64,000 nucleotides of DNA from Callorhinchus milii (lineage: Eukaryota), in assembly GCF_018977255.1 (NCBI RefSeq), contig NW_024704742.1, positions 21,268,001 through 21,332,000 of the forward strand, read 5' to 3'. Numbering within the stretch: position 1 is the first letter of the stretch; the number at the start of each line of letters is the position of its first letter. The notes beneath the pieces were generated by a model. The model saw only the letters and a list, made by a program, of their open reading frames with translations, did no database searches and was not told where the DNA came from. Of the stretch, positions 1 through 14,281 are shown in pieces. The position numbers and the translations under genes are program-made.

Positions 1-18
1 TCACCCTAGAACGGGCTT

Positions 19-210
19 TCAACAACAACAACTTGCATTTATATAGCGCTCTTCACACAGGGTAGCATTCCAGAGCGCTTGATAGTGTCTGAGCATGACG
101 CTGAACCGGGGAGAAGGGCAGGTGATCGAAGGCATGGTTCAAAAGGAAGATCTTCAGGCACGACCTGAAAATGGGGAAGGAAAGGAAAGGTGGAGAGATA
201 GAGGAAGAAC
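19..210 (-). mobile_element. L2 LINE 3' tail fragment
   Basis: CAACAACAACAACTTGCATTTATATAGCGC tail plus antisense L2 3' UTR. Confidence 0.75.
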
Positions 211-1278
211 GTTCCTATGTTAAAATGGTCCTTTTGATTTTATTATCTTATTCCTCCCTGGTGTTCCACTCAGCTTCTCTACTGACAGAACAGCCAAGAT
301 GCATAACTTTTCAACTGTGCAATTCACAAGTGCCAATCTACATGCTACCTACATCTGGTCCAGAGTACCATTGTGCTAATGTTTGACCTTGTTTTAGAGC
401 TTTACACACATCCAGGAACGTCATTAGTTTAAATCCCATGAAGAATAAGTTGAGGTTGAGAACTGACAAGCTCACTTTACTGTTTTCAGTGAGCACCTTG
501 GACAGTAAGTAACATAAATATATAATGAAGACATGAATTTGATTCCAGCACATAGGAATAATAAGACACTAAAGCCCAGCTCAGTAATGATCATTAGTGG
601 CTTGCACTCTGCTCACAGAGAGAATTTTAACCCTTGAAAAACCATGACAGTTTTTTTTGAATCAAGCAAAAATATACATGAAACTTTTTGTATTATGTTC
701 AGGTTAACACATAAGCAGGAGCTTGTTAGCAAGTAGGCAAGATCAAAAGGTTCTGGTAGCATTAGAAGCTGCAGAAGTGGATCTGAAACTATTCATCTAA
801 ACCCCGAGCTACAGTATGTGGCAGCCTGATTATTCTATGCAATTACATGGAGAAGTGATTTCTATTGTATAAAAACAATACTAGCAATGAAGGGTAACTT
901 CCTGACAGTGGCAATTCGTGCTACTGTGAACCAAATGTTCATTTCACTGAAAAATGTTAGGAATAAGATTATATAAATGGGGTTTGAGGAGGTTAGAGAG
1001 GTCAAGCTGTCTTCTTCTTATCACATAAATACCTGTTTCATGAGGTCACACAAATATTAACATCTCCCCAGTCCCACAACGTGCGACTATTTTATGCAGC
1101 AACATCAGGGTAAAGTTTGTGACATTTCATGAGATGTTCCTTGTGTGAATTAACACAAGGAATGTGCTAAGAAATGTAACAAACCGTGCCCCATAACTTT
1201 AAGCAATAGCTACTAAACAAATCTGTGTTGAAGTTGAAACAAGACCTCAGAGATGCATTGATAAATAAGAGTCAGATT

Positions 1279-1910
1279 GTCAGCCTGGCTCAGTTAGTCA
1301 CACTTCTCACTACTGAGTCATAAAGCAGGAAATTGGAATTGAGAGGATTAGTTGAGGTACAGATCAGCTATGATCTAATTAAATGACGGAACAGGCTCGA
1401 AGGGCTGAATGGCCTACTCCTATAAGATTGTGGTTCAAGCCCCATGTCAGGAGTTTGAACTCATAATCTAGGCCGACACACCATTACAGTGCCGGAGTAG
1501 CATTACATTGTTAGAGGTGCTGTCTTTCAGATGGGACATTAAATTGAGATCCTGTCCACCAGTTCCTGTTTGTTCCTCATCCCCTCCACTCCACCATCGG
1601 TGGCTGTGCCTTCAGCCATTATGCCCCGAAACTCTGGAACTTTTCTCCTCAATTCCTCCCACTTGCCCTCTCCCTTCCCACTTTCAAATCCCGTCTAAAG
1701 GCCTTCCTTTTTGAACATGCTTATGGTCCCAGCCCCTCCCTCTCCCCCTGTCTCGGGGTCAGATTCTGCCACTGTCAAGTGCTCCGGAACACCATCCTGC
1801 GTGAAGTGTGCTATATAAGCAGTGGTTGTTGCTGTTGAGGTGGACATGATAGATCCCATGGTACTAATCAAAGGGAGTTTCTCCTGGTGTCCTGGCCAAT
1901 TGTCCCCAAG
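1279..1910 (+). mobile_element. Older tRNA-derived Deu-SINE (SacSINE1-like) with nested CR1-tail (about 1325-1420) and L2-tail (about 1562-1837) insertions
   Basis: Head GTCAGCCTGGCTCAGTT...GGTTCAAGCCCC is split by a CR1-type tail (GAACAGGCTCGAAGGGCTGAATGGCCTACTCCT). The body resumes at AGGTGGAC...GATCCCATGG after an L2 tail. Confidence 0.75.
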
Positions 1911-1913
1911 TCC

Positions 1914-2285
1914 AACAACAACTTGAATTTATATGGTGCCTTCACATGGGATAATCGCTTAACAATAGCAGAGTCTGACGCCGAGCCGGGGGAAAGGGAG
2001 GCGGTGACCATAAGCACAGATGAAGAGGAAGGCCTTCAAGCGTGATCTGGAAAAGGGGGGGGAAAGGTGAAGGGATTGCGGGAGAGAATTCTAAACTTTT
2101 GGGGCACAGTGGCTGATGGCCTGGTCCCCATTGAGGAAGCAAAGGGTACGAGGGACAAACAGGAAGCCAGTGCCAACCTAGGGAAGGCAACAGATGCTGG
2201 AGTGAGGAGTAAGTAGGTCGAAGAGGTAGGGAGGTGCCAGGGCATGAAAGGATTTGCAGACGAATGTGAGGATCTTGAAGTCGAT
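1914..2285 (-). mobile_element. L2 LINE 3' fragment
   Basis: (CAA)n tail followed by G-rich antisense L2 3' sequence, ending GTGAGGATCTTGAA. Confidence 0.8.
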
Positions 2286-4338
2286 TTTTAAATCTTTTTG
2301 TAAGAGATTGCTGTCTGCAAATTGGCTGCCATGGTCATCTGCAACTGCACAGTCGCAACACTACAGTAAATCTTGTGAAGTGGTTTGAGACATTTTGACA
2401 ATGTGATAAGGCAAGTATATCTCTGATCCGTGAGGAGACATCCTCAGGAGGAAGCCAATTTAGTCTTAAGTTGGAGGCCATACTTCCACAGTTCTTTGGC
2501 AACTGTGGAAACTGACTTCCAAGTTAAGATTGAATTAAAGAATTTTCAAAGATAAGTTTTAAGACAATGTCCTTAAGGTAAAGTGAATGAAGATTTCTGA
2601 GTCTCTGAAGACGGCATGCAGTAAGCGTATCAACTTGATGTTGATGTTGAACGTCCAGATAAAAGAATGGTGCTAAACAAAAAATAGCTAGATTGCTGGG
2701 TAAGTGCAAGGGGAAAAAAATATGATATGAGCAGAACTATACAACATGTGCAGAACCAGAAAAGTCCGTGGCCGGTCTCATTAATATACCGCTGTTCTCT
2801 ATTTCTCACTGCCCTCAATCCCAATGCCATCGTACTATGTAAGTAATTCCCTTTTGTGAAGAATTATGTAAGTAATTCCATTTTGTAAAGCTGTCAGTCA
2901 CATCTTGCGGCTTTCAGAACTGGAACTAAACCCATCATCTGACTCCACTAATTCCAGCACATTGCCAGCATTTTATGAGATAGTCTCTATTACAGTATTT
3001 AATTTATAGGTGTCAGCTATTATCCTGGAAGATCTCATTCGAAAGATACAATGAAACAAATCACTATTTTTAGTGGACACAGAATAATAGACCTCATTAC
3101 ACAATATATATTGTAATAATATCATGCAAGTCCTTTAAAACGTAATAGCTTTGGTTAATTTTTTCTCCAACAATTTGAAACAATTAGCTGTAATTTTCAA
3201 ATTGTGTTCACATTTTGTATTGTGGGCTTTGTGCAATACAGTCCAGTCATGAATTAGTCAGTTATCTTATCCCTTCTTGGATGAATCATCTGCACAGATG
3301 GCAGGATCCACAAATAATTCATCCACATCAGAACACAAGAAAGGCACTGAGATCTCAAAGGAGGAGGCATAAGGACAAGGTGTGGCCGAGGAAAGTGTGC
3401 AAGCAGCGCTCAACCAATAATGTACATGTGAGGGGTAGATCTGGGAGGGGACAATCTTATATCAGGCGTCAATCTTCTATCTGAGAGTTATAGTCAGAGC
3501 TTTTTATAACAATGTAGTTTACATAGAGTTACTTACAATCTACAGCACAGAAACAGTTCACTTGGCCGACTAGTTAGTGTTGGTGTTCATACTTCACATG
3601 AACCCGGGTTCGTAAAACGAGACTGCATGATGTAATGGGGCCGTGTTATGGAACGGCTGCCATTAGCGCTTCTACATCATTGTGACCTGATGACATTATC
3701 GCAAAGCTGCTCTGCACACGCTCGCAGGAAGCCTGGGATGCTGCTGATGCCGTTAAACCCCTCCATGCTTGTGTGTTGTGTGTAGGAAGCTGGACATTCA
3801 GCACTGGATGCTAGAAGTGTACTGAACTGTGAGTCCACAATGTGTCTGTGTTATGTACGGACCAATACATTGTATAGCAGGGAACTGTATCCATTTACTC
3901 AAGTAAGAGTGCATAGATGTTGGGATCTAATATAGCGGGATATGTAAAAGAGTTTGTAAATATAAAGTGCTGCTCGTACCCAGAGGTGTCCCAATGCCGA
4001 CCCATTAGAATACTGCTCAAACACTGATCTCGGACAATACCCTGCTGGACAATAAGAAAAATACAATACAAAACAAAACTACATTTGTGAAGTGCCTTTC
4101 ATGTTGGGAGGACATCCCAAGGTGCTGGAATAATAGCAAATTGCATTTATATAGCGCCTTTCATGTCAGGGGGATCCCAGAAGCCTCTTTTAGTTGTGAG
4201 TTGATTTAATAGAAATGAGATTAGCATGTTAGCAGAGCTGCAGCAAGGCACATTATGTTCGTGTGAATCCTTTTACAAGTACCTGCATGTTACACCCCCA
4301 TCAATTTATCTCCCCTTTACAACAATCTCAGAACTTAC

Positions 4339-4631
4339 AGGAGGGAGAATTTAGCCTCATGAATCAATGGTTCTCAATATTTGTGTGCCCAATCATGCAG
4401 GTAAAAGTATTTTGCAAAGCATTCCTGAGTATGTTGCAGAGCATTTGACAATATCAAGGGAGGCAGATAAAATGGCCGAAGGGCCTTCTCCATCCAAACC
4501 AATCTTGTCATCTTGTGAAGTGTCAAACACATGATTTTTCTGATCTATGTGAAAAGACTTCTGTAAGGTTGGCAGCTCCAGACAATGTGTGATATTCCTG
4601 ATGTGGGAGAGCTTGATGTTGACAGCAGCAG
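4339..4631 (-). other. Candidate 293-nt 5'-UTR/non-coding internal exon
   Basis: Strong acceptor ACTTTTTCACTTTTAG| at 4632/4631 and donor CCT|GTAAGT at 4339/4338. Unique sequence flanked by repeat tails. Confidence 0.4.
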
Positions 4632-7600
4632 CTAAAAGTGAAAAAGTATTCCATTCCCTAGCACTGGTATTCCCCAACATTGAACATTCTTAAAGGGACG
4701 TTGATATTTAAGCACTCCGAAACACTGCCCTGCGTGAAGGGTGCTATATAAATGCTATATAAAAGTTGTTATTCTTGTTGAAACTTTTCACTTGATTTCA
4801 AATGCACAGCGCAGTGAGATCACAGTGTATCATCAAAAAACAAGATTTGGCATTCAAATACAATTTACACTTGTATAGCTCCTTTCATATCAGGAGGATG
4901 TCTCAAAGCACTTCACACAGCTGACTGGTAACTCAAGCGGGGGGGTGGGGGGTGATGGTAGGTGGTCTTGGTAATCCAGGTCAAGAGCTAGGTGGCTGGG
5001 TTTGATCTATCCAAGGCACTAATGATGACAGATGAGCTCTTTAGCAGACACGGGAACAGGAGGCAGTTAATTCTGCAAGCCTCCAAGCTAGACAAACAGT
5101 GGGCAGCTCACCAGACGTCTGCAATGGTAGGCTGTGTGGTTTTAGTTGTTTGAAGCAGCATCCTATTGCACAGTCTGGGGTCCCTGAGCTTTGGCTTTTG
5201 CCAAGGAGCACCTGAACTCTCTGGTATGAAGTGGGCAGGATGACTCCTTCAAGGGAGAGAATGATGCAGAGTATGCCAGACAAACAGAAATCATACAAAC
5301 TCTTGGTAGTTTGATTTATCAGATGTCTGAGACATGGTGATGAGTTTCTGCATTCATCCGACAATGGACAAAAATAACCGTGAAGTACTCCACTCTGAAA
5401 GTAATCATGTTGGAAGGAAATCCAACAATTTAGTTTGATGTACTTCAGAATTCTTTAATTAAAATATCTGTCCCACCAACGGTCCTCAAGCCTCCAGTAC
5501 AGTTGTTTTTATTGTAAATTGTAAACTAAAGTTCTTCATTTTAAGAGGTCAATTATACATCTCAGTCACAACAATGCTAAAGGAACCGTATAAACATGCT
5601 CAAATTCACAACAGGTATTCAATCAAAATATGCAAAATCATTTAGAAAATTATAAATAAGCTCAAAGGAAATCGTAAACATGCAGATCCATCCACCCATC
5701 TATCCATCTTGGGTTTCAAATGAAGTGGAACTTAATTTATTTGGATTACAAAAATTTACAGCCATGTAAAGCACTTTGAGACGTTCTCTCAACATGATAT
5801 AAATGTAAATTGTGTTGTATGGTATTTGCCCTCAAAACTAGTTACTCAACTTGACAGTCATTATTCCAAAGTGCTTTGAGACATTTTAAGAGCTGGTGCA
5901 GACTCAATGGGCCGAATAGCCTTCTTCTGCACTATAAGTTTCTATTTGTTTTTCCAATGTAATAAGGTGCTGAAAAATACAAATCTTTTCTTCTTTTTCT
6001 TTAACATTATATTCACTTTCCAGCAAGAATGAGGAGGAGGAACGGTGGCTGATCACTATACTCTCCCTAGCCCAGTGTTGCTGAGGTCTATTTTAACATC
6101 CCTACTGCAAACCCTGGCTCAATATCGCACCATGTGATGTACTTACTCAACTGAATCACCATTCAGTCGCAGATTTGATCATGGAACCGTATTAAAATAC
6201 TGGGACCTGAGTACATCTGAACAATACAGAGAAAGCTGCTCACGCCGCTATCCCTCTGCAATGCTCGCATAGACTGTATTGTACAGAGCAGCCCATTCGG
6301 TTAGTCGATGCCACTTTTGGGCAGGGCTGGTTCACAACGCATGAAGCAATCAGCCCAGTGAGGTTATGTGTGTGTAAGTCCATGTTATAAGGCCTTTGGG
6401 GGTAATATGAGGTCTAGGTTTGAGTTTGCTCAGTTTTACTGCATTGAATCCCGAAATGCACCATTGAGCCAGGTTCTTCACCCATCCCTGCAGCACATCA
6501 ATCTAGATGATGTTCGCATTCCTGGGCTAGCTAAGAAGTGGTAGAAATCCTTTCGTGTGGAACAAGGGAACACTAAGAACATTGATGATTGCTAGGATTT
6601 ACTGGCTTTTAAGCTTGTTCTCTGAAGGTAAAGGTCATATGCTCAGAAGTACTCTAACACAACACAAACCCTATCATTCAAACAAACATTGACTCGCACA
6701 AACCGCAATCCAACCAACATATATACTTCCAGTTATCAATGATCCTCAGAAACCACCTTGACAGCTCATTCAATTAACCAGTTGCAAGGCATGGATCCTA
6801 GAAATAATACAACTATCAATAAGATATCTTGGCATAACATCCTGCAGTGAATACCACAAAATACCTCTCAGGTCACCACGCACTGGAGAGTATGAAATAA
6901 GGAGGCATGTGTGTAACATTTTAAACAAAGTGCCACTGCAGTTAGCAAAACAAACTTTTTTATCTCAACCGTACACATAGAAGAACAAGATTAATGCCCC
7001 TCTTGGCACAGTTTTCCCCAGAGCTGGTTAATGATCGATCACCTGAGTTCTCCATATGGAAAAAGGAGATTAAAAATCACACGTTGCTCCTTATTGTCAG
7101 ATGAAGACGTGTTTGGTAAAATTAAATAATCACTTCAGTTTCATCAAACCATATGGTATATTGTGCTGCTCGTTCCTCTTCTGAATAGGGTTTTGTTTTC
7201 AACAAAAGTCATTATCGATGGCACTCTCAGAATAATTAACACAGCGTCTGCAACAGCAGAGGGATTTGAGACGAGCTTAATTCTCCAGGTCTTATGGAAA
7301 TCCAAACCATATTAGCTCGAACACAGAAGCTGACAGGCAACCAACAAGCCTCATTTCTCAAGGCTGGAATTCTCCTGCCATTTTAATGCACTGATTGTGG
7401 AGTGGAGATCATCAGCCTATGCTATGGGTCTGGCTGTTCAGAGCAGTGCACCACAAATCATTTGTCTTCATGGAAACAAGCAGCACTTTACAACACAGCA
7501 ACTCAGACGCCACACACACACACACAACACACACAAAACAAAAAGGGAATTCAGCCGCAAAGACTAGCGCAATCCTTACAGCCTTAAAACATGCAAATTG

Positions 7601-7635
7601 CTTTACGCAGCTGCGAGTGCCTGACAGTTACTTAC

Positions 7636-7830
7636 CAGGGACTGAGATGCTTTTTTTTGATGCACTGCCCGTTGTATTAGACCTGGAAGTCTTTGGATCT
7701 CCGCACGGTTGGAAACAAAAATCTGCTCAACCTCTTCAACTGAGCAACAGCTGTGTGTGGAAAACTGTACAATGATGCAGCAGCTATAACAATCCAACAC
7801 ACGCACACCACACACACACACTCCTGGACC
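7636..7830 (-). other. Candidate non-coding first exon / promoter-proximal region of a downstream minus-strand gene (5' boundary uncertain)
   Basis: Consensus donor CTG|GTAAGT at 7636/7635, inside a ~1.4 kb repeat-poor block with scattered CpGs and (GT)n tracts. Confidence 0.4.
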
Positions 7831-9849
7831 CTACAATCGTGTGTGCTTCTGTCATATGATGTAACTGAGTGTTCGTGTGACATGCTCAGAGACAGAAATA
7901 ATCACTAACAGAGGCGATGATAGCCAAGGGGAAAAGGGGGGAAAAAAAGGGAGCTGCAATCCTTCAGGCAAATAAAAATTTGCATTCCCTGTTCAAAAAA
8001 AAAGGTGGCAATTTCAGCTCCCCTCGTCTTAACATCTGTCAAGTAGAAGTAGAATTTAACGACAGATCAGACATAAGTATTCAGAGCCATTTACTCTGAT
8101 TCCAAGCAGATATGTTATAGATGAAGGGGATGTAAGGGGATGCATATCAAATTGTACATTAACCGTACTGTCACATTCAGCACTTAGTATTCATAAGGAA
8201 TCTTATAAATGCCACTGCTGATGATGGAGTGCCTCCTAGCCCAAAATAGTACAGAAAAAGACAACTGTGTGTGAATATAATACAATACGATTTGCATTTA
8301 TACATGTATTCCCTTTCACGCCAGGAGGATGTCTCAAAGTGCTTCAATGTAGATAGGAAAAACTACAAATATTAAAACTTGTTTTCACAGCTTATGTGGC
8401 TCCTGGTAAAAAGGCAGTGTTTCGGATAAAGTGATTACTTTGATATGATGTTTACAGGAGTTAAATGGAACATTACCATACAGAAACAGGCCAGTCAATC
8501 CAACTTGTGTTTATGCTCCACATTAACTCCTCCCCTCCCTCCTCCTAATCTTCTCTCCCCCATGCACTGTATTTCTCCCTCATGGGAAAAGGGAATGCAA
8601 TTTATCACAATTTATTGAATTTCTTTGGAAAAGTGAAGAACTTGACAAGAAGTTTATATCATTGATAGTATAGGGAGTTATTTTACTCTGTGTGATCCAT
8701 ATAACAAACCAGGAGTTATTCTGCCCTATTCAATATCTTTGAAGATTTTTGTTATCACTTATTTACAAATAAATATGGTAGAATTATATTGAGCTGGATT
8801 CAAAGTAGGTTCCAGAGGTGAAAGGACAGTTGCCATACATCACACAATCACTGCCGCATTTGTATTGAACTATTGGCAGCCCCTGTGTGCTTAAGGAAGG
8901 CATTATTTTAATAACAATAATCCTTGAATTTGATATGGAGCCTTGAAATCAGAAGAACATCTCAAAGCACTTTTATGCCTTGATTCTACACTGTCTTAAT
9001 GTGGTTTGAAGTCCTTGAGGGTGTATCCTTATAAAATAAAATATACTGTAATTATACAGTGTAGAATTCAAGCATCAACCAGTTATGATTTGAAATGAGC
9101 AGTATCTTTTTTTCTTTGTTTAGTGACCAGCGTTTGCCATAGTTTCTAGAAAGATATAACAGCACTGTGGTGTCCCTCCTCTCTTCCCCCACAGCAAGAG
9201 TATGTTGATCACATTGTTTATCTACCCAGCAAATGAAACTTCACACAAGCAACATGTTTGTGCTTCACATGAAACAGGTGACCATGCTTCAATTTATTGG
9301 GTCAGCTGGAAGTCTGGCTTACACAGAAACCCCTTCACTGTGCTTTAACAGCTTTTAGTTTCAGTTACTGGCAACTCGTAGAAGGAAGGTTTTCATTTTG
9401 TCTTTGTTATATGCATTTGAGGGCTTAAAGAGGAAGAACAAATCCATCAAATTACATAACACAGCAACATTTAATTGAAACTGAAAATCTGTTTAGACCA
9501 GTGGTGGGCAAGCTTTTTGGTCAGCCAACCAAATACATTTTACTTGATTGAATATTTCTTGATTCATGGCCACACCACAAATATCACTAACTCTGTAGCT
9601 GCTGGAAACAAAACATAGTGATATTGATTTAACAGAGTCACCTAAAATAATGCGAATGTTGAGAAGGGCACTTCTTGACACTGCCACAGGCTATTTTGGG
9701 CCAGAGGGCTTTGGGTTAGCCACCACTAGCTTAGACACAACAAGGTAATGGACAAGGTTCATTATTAGCGATAGATTTGCTACACAGATATTAAATTCAT
9801 ATTACCTACCCCATCCCACCCCAGAAAAATATGCCCTAAAAAAATTTAA

Positions 9850-10151
9850 AAATCCTTGCATTTGATATAGCGCTTTTCATGTCTTCTAGACATCTCAAAG
9901 CGCTTCACAGAATAAACTGTAAAGTAAATTGATTGTATATTTGTGGGCGAAATGCAGCAGCCAATTGCGCACAGCAGTGTCCCACAAACAGCCGTGGATT
10001 GAAGTGACCAATTTATTATTGTTTTTGTTTCTTGAGGGATTATTATTAGGTGTGTGGAGTAAGGAAACTTGCCCAAGGTTTTGCCCTGCCGGAAATCAAA
10101 CCCAGTTGCTCGCTTGAGAGGCAAGTGCTCGAACCACTAAATTATAGGACT
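9850..10151 (-). mobile_element. Young Deu-SINE copy
   Basis: Reverse complement of the 31749 family. Confidence 0.87.
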
Positions 10152-12194
10152 TCACATTGCCTATTGACTGTAATACACTAACTGTATTGCCTAAAGTAGA
10201 GAGTTTGAAATATGAAGGGGGTGCGAGCACACTTCTTGCCCCTTTCTAGGGATGACCAAAGATTTGCTGCTTTTAGACAATTGTGATTAGTTGCCTGAAC
10301 TAGGTCTTACTGTTACTTTGTAGGTTTCTGCAGTTCGGATGAATTGAGCAATGCCATAATGGATCATGATTCCCCTGCTACAGTGACATGTTACAGCATA
10401 TTAAAAAAACATCAATCAACTCATCAAGTCTCTGCCATGTTTTCTTCACATGAAGGAAAATCTTTTCTTCTAAATTCTCCCAATATCTTGTTTCATTATA
10501 ATAATAATTATTCTTGCATTTGATATAGTGCCTTTCAACAACAACAGCAACTTACATTTGTATAGCATCCTGGAGCACATTCACATCAGGAGGGCAACTC
10601 AACCTTTCACAGATTATATTGTAAAGTGTAGTAACTGTGTATTTTGTAAGTGAAATATTCCTGTGTCGTAGCCAACAATCCTCAAGGTTGATTCATCATT
10701 CACCTCATAGCAATATGTTGGACCTTGCTGTGTGCAAATGGGCTGCCTATTTGGGCTCCCGATAAATACATAGGCACTAAACTTGAAAACAATTACTTGT
10801 GAAGTGCTTAGAACTGTTATAACATTCTAGATGTGTATCAAATGTAAGTATTATTACCCGCATAGCAATTTTTTCAAGCATCTATAAATTTCCTTTTGAA
10901 AGATTTTATGAACTTTCCTTCAACCATGAATTGCAGCAGAGAATTCCATGTCCCAACCATCCTCTGCATGAAGACTATTAAAGCTGTGTATATGAATTAA
11001 TACAAGAGATACATTCACAACCCCAGGCATTCGACTAAGGGGTCATGTGCTGTTTGGCATTCTTAGCAGCTTTGAAGAAGTGGGTGCACGTTGAGACAGA
11101 CAGACTCAGACAGTTCCAAGATGCCTCGGGGCTAGACTCTGGGATACTGACTTCAATGAATCCTCCTTGTCTGACTTTGCAGTTAGCACACCCTAACCAT
11201 ATTTCTCTACGTGTGTTCTTTCAAGTTTCTGTTTGGCCCCTATCTAACTCTCCAAGTTGCCCTTTGTGGCTAGGAAACTACCAATCCCTTTATTGAAAGG
11301 ATGATGCTTTGAAATAAAAGAGATGTGAAAATGCTCTGAAAAGATACTTCATGAATAATGAAATGTTCTCGCACTATGAGAATCCAGCAGTGACTAATGT
11401 ACCAGACAAACTGCTACACACAGTTGTAACAGCCCTCAGCAACACAATGCAGAAATATAAGCTAGCTCATCTATACATTCAGCCATATTGTTTAAACAAT
11501 AGCAGATGTCTCTTATAGACTGACCATGTCAACATAGCAACTTGCACAATGGTTGGACCTAAATATAATCTGTCATTGCACAGAAGGAGTAAAAAGGATT
11601 CAACTATAGAGGCATGGGGAAACAGCATGTAAATAGGACTGAAAGGATTGCTGTTGAATGAGCCATCACAGACAGAATGGGTCTTCTGCGCTCTAGATGT
11701 CTATGGTTCTATGAGAGGGTAGACTTCACACCTACAACTGGACTGCAGTTATCGCATGGTTTTGACCACAATGTCTGGCAATGTGATTATTATTACCACT
11801 GATAACTATCAGTGAGATAAGTGAGATAAATCCTTGAGATAAGATAATGAAACCAAATACCTGTCTACATGTTCAAGTGGATGTTAAAGATTCCATGTGA
11901 TAACTATTACATTATGTATAGCATTTTGTAGCCCCTATTATGTTGTTTTATACATACATTATATTCATATGCCAAATTCAATAATATCAACTTTTGATTT
12001 AAAACTTCAACTTCATTGTCAAATGATGGAATTTTGTCACTCTGCTTTAAAGCAAGGTTGTTCCTGGGTCACTTAAAACACAGCAGGACTGTCTGTTGGA
12101 GAACTGGGTGGGTAATCAACCGAGAGTCTGACTGGTGCAACAAAAGGAGATCATTTCTGATACGCTGGCCAGTTAGCTATGTCTATTTGAATGT

Positions 12195-12320
12195 CTGTGC
12201 AGGTATGTGTGTGAACGTATCCATGCATGTATGCCTTTGTGTATGTATGTTTGATTTTATCTATGTGTGAGTGTATGCACAAGTGTGTGTATTTGTATGT
12301 GCATGCATGTGTGTGTGTAC
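12195..12320. repeat. Degenerate (TG)n/(TATG)n low-complexity tract
   Basis: Read directly from the sequence; CA-rich counterparts at 7510-7535, 7795-7822 and 52340-52450. Confidence 0.85.
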
Positions 12321-13535
12321 AAAATAAGCATTGACATCTTATGTAATTTTCAGTACTCATTGGCACTTCTCACTGGCTTTTGTATCTTTCCAGATGGAAG
12401 CAATGATCACTACTTTACAGCGAGGCATTATCTTTACTTTATAGGACTGCAGCAAACAGCAATAGCACTTTTAACTGCTGCAAGATAAACAAGGCAGTGT
12501 CACAGCTTCTGGAAGCACAGAATCTCTCAAATAAGTCATCACCCATACTGACTCGTTTGTGTCTCACATAAAACACCCTTCAAGGTTTCAAACCAACAGA
12601 ATGGGATGAAAAATATGATACGTGATGTGATAATCTTGGTCACTCACTCCATGGCTGTTTGTGGGACATTGCTATGCATGACCAGCTGTCACATTTCAAC
12701 TCACAAAAATTGATTCACTTTACAGTATATCCTGGTACTTTTAAATAAAAATAATAGCTCTTGCACTTGGAATAGCATCTTATGAACCTATCATGTTAAA
12801 GACATCTCAAAGCTCACGAGATAGCTTAGGTAGAGTGTAGCGACTTTATAATTTGGAGGCAAACATAGAAATCAATCTGTGCAGAGCAATGTCCTACAGA
12901 CAACCAGGATGTGAATGATCAATTTTCCCTGGAGGATTGTTGACGAGGACACTCCTTTTTCAAATAGTTTCATGGAATATTGAACATCCACCTAAACAGG
13001 CAGATGGGTCCTTAGTTTAATGTCTTGTCCAAAAGATGGTAGTTTGGACAAAGCAGCTCTCCCAGTATTGAAGAGTCAGACTGGGCAATGACCTTGAAGT
13101 CCCATGTTTGTTCTTGACTTATTTCATCTTATCGAGCTGCACTGTTTGCAAAACTTCTGAAGTAACGTGGATAATTTCCATTGGGTTTTTGTTGCATTTC
13201 TGCCTTTACATCACTCATCTATCAGATGGTCTGAAGCAAAAAAAATTGATTTGCTTTTTATGGCTGTTCATGCTCATTTCTCCAACTGACCAATAAATCA
13301 TCTACAGGCTGACATATATACATCTCACATAAAACATTGTCCTAGGTTGCAAATCAAGAGAAGGCAGTGAAAAATGTGGTACGTGATGGGATAATTATCA
13401 CTTTAACAATTGAGTTAAACCAGTAACTAGACTAACTCTGAAACGCTGGGATCCAGGCACCAACAGGATCAAAGACACCATTGGTCATCTCACTAATATA
13501 ATATTGCTTGCATTTGTAATAGGTGTCAGACTGGA

Positions 13536-13567
<32 letters not shown>

Positions 13568-14281
13568 ACGTTGTCTGTTCAAGCCCCAGGCCAGAACTTT
13601 GAACTCTTAATGTCCAGGCTGACTGTCCAATGTAATGCTGGAAGGGCACTGAATTGTCAGAGGTGCCATCCTTGAGATAAGATAACGAAACCAAGGACCT
13701 ATCTACATGTTCAAGTGAATGTTAAAGATCCCATGGTACTATTCGAAGCAAGAACAATTCCTGGACAACAATTCCCCCAGATGGATTTGGTCATTCATGT
13801 CATGGTAACTTGTGGAATATCGTTTTCTTCGAATTAGCTACTACAAGTACACAATCACTGTGTTTGACAGTAAATAAAATTCTGTGAAGCGCTTTGAGAT
13901 ACTCAAAGATGTCATAAAGCACTAGATCGAATGAAAGGATTATACTACTACAAATATTATCATTTGATAACACAAGCATAATATAATAAATCTTGATTCT
14001 TGTCCTCCTGTGTCTAACAATTTCCAATGAGTTAGAATGTGTACCCCTGGGGAGATAGATACACTCTATTCCAGGCAAAGGGAGATTTCCGTGTAGAGAT
14101 GGAACTTACAACAGTGTGACTGGGATACTCTTAAGCATGGGAATGTTTTTTAAGTGTGTCAGACATGAGGCTGACCGAATAAAACACCATAGAATGTCTT
14201 ACAACTGGGCAATGCCTCAGATTGTCTTCTGTTGTAGCATTCCAGAAAGCAGGCAAACTAACAGTAACTCTTCTTTGAGTA

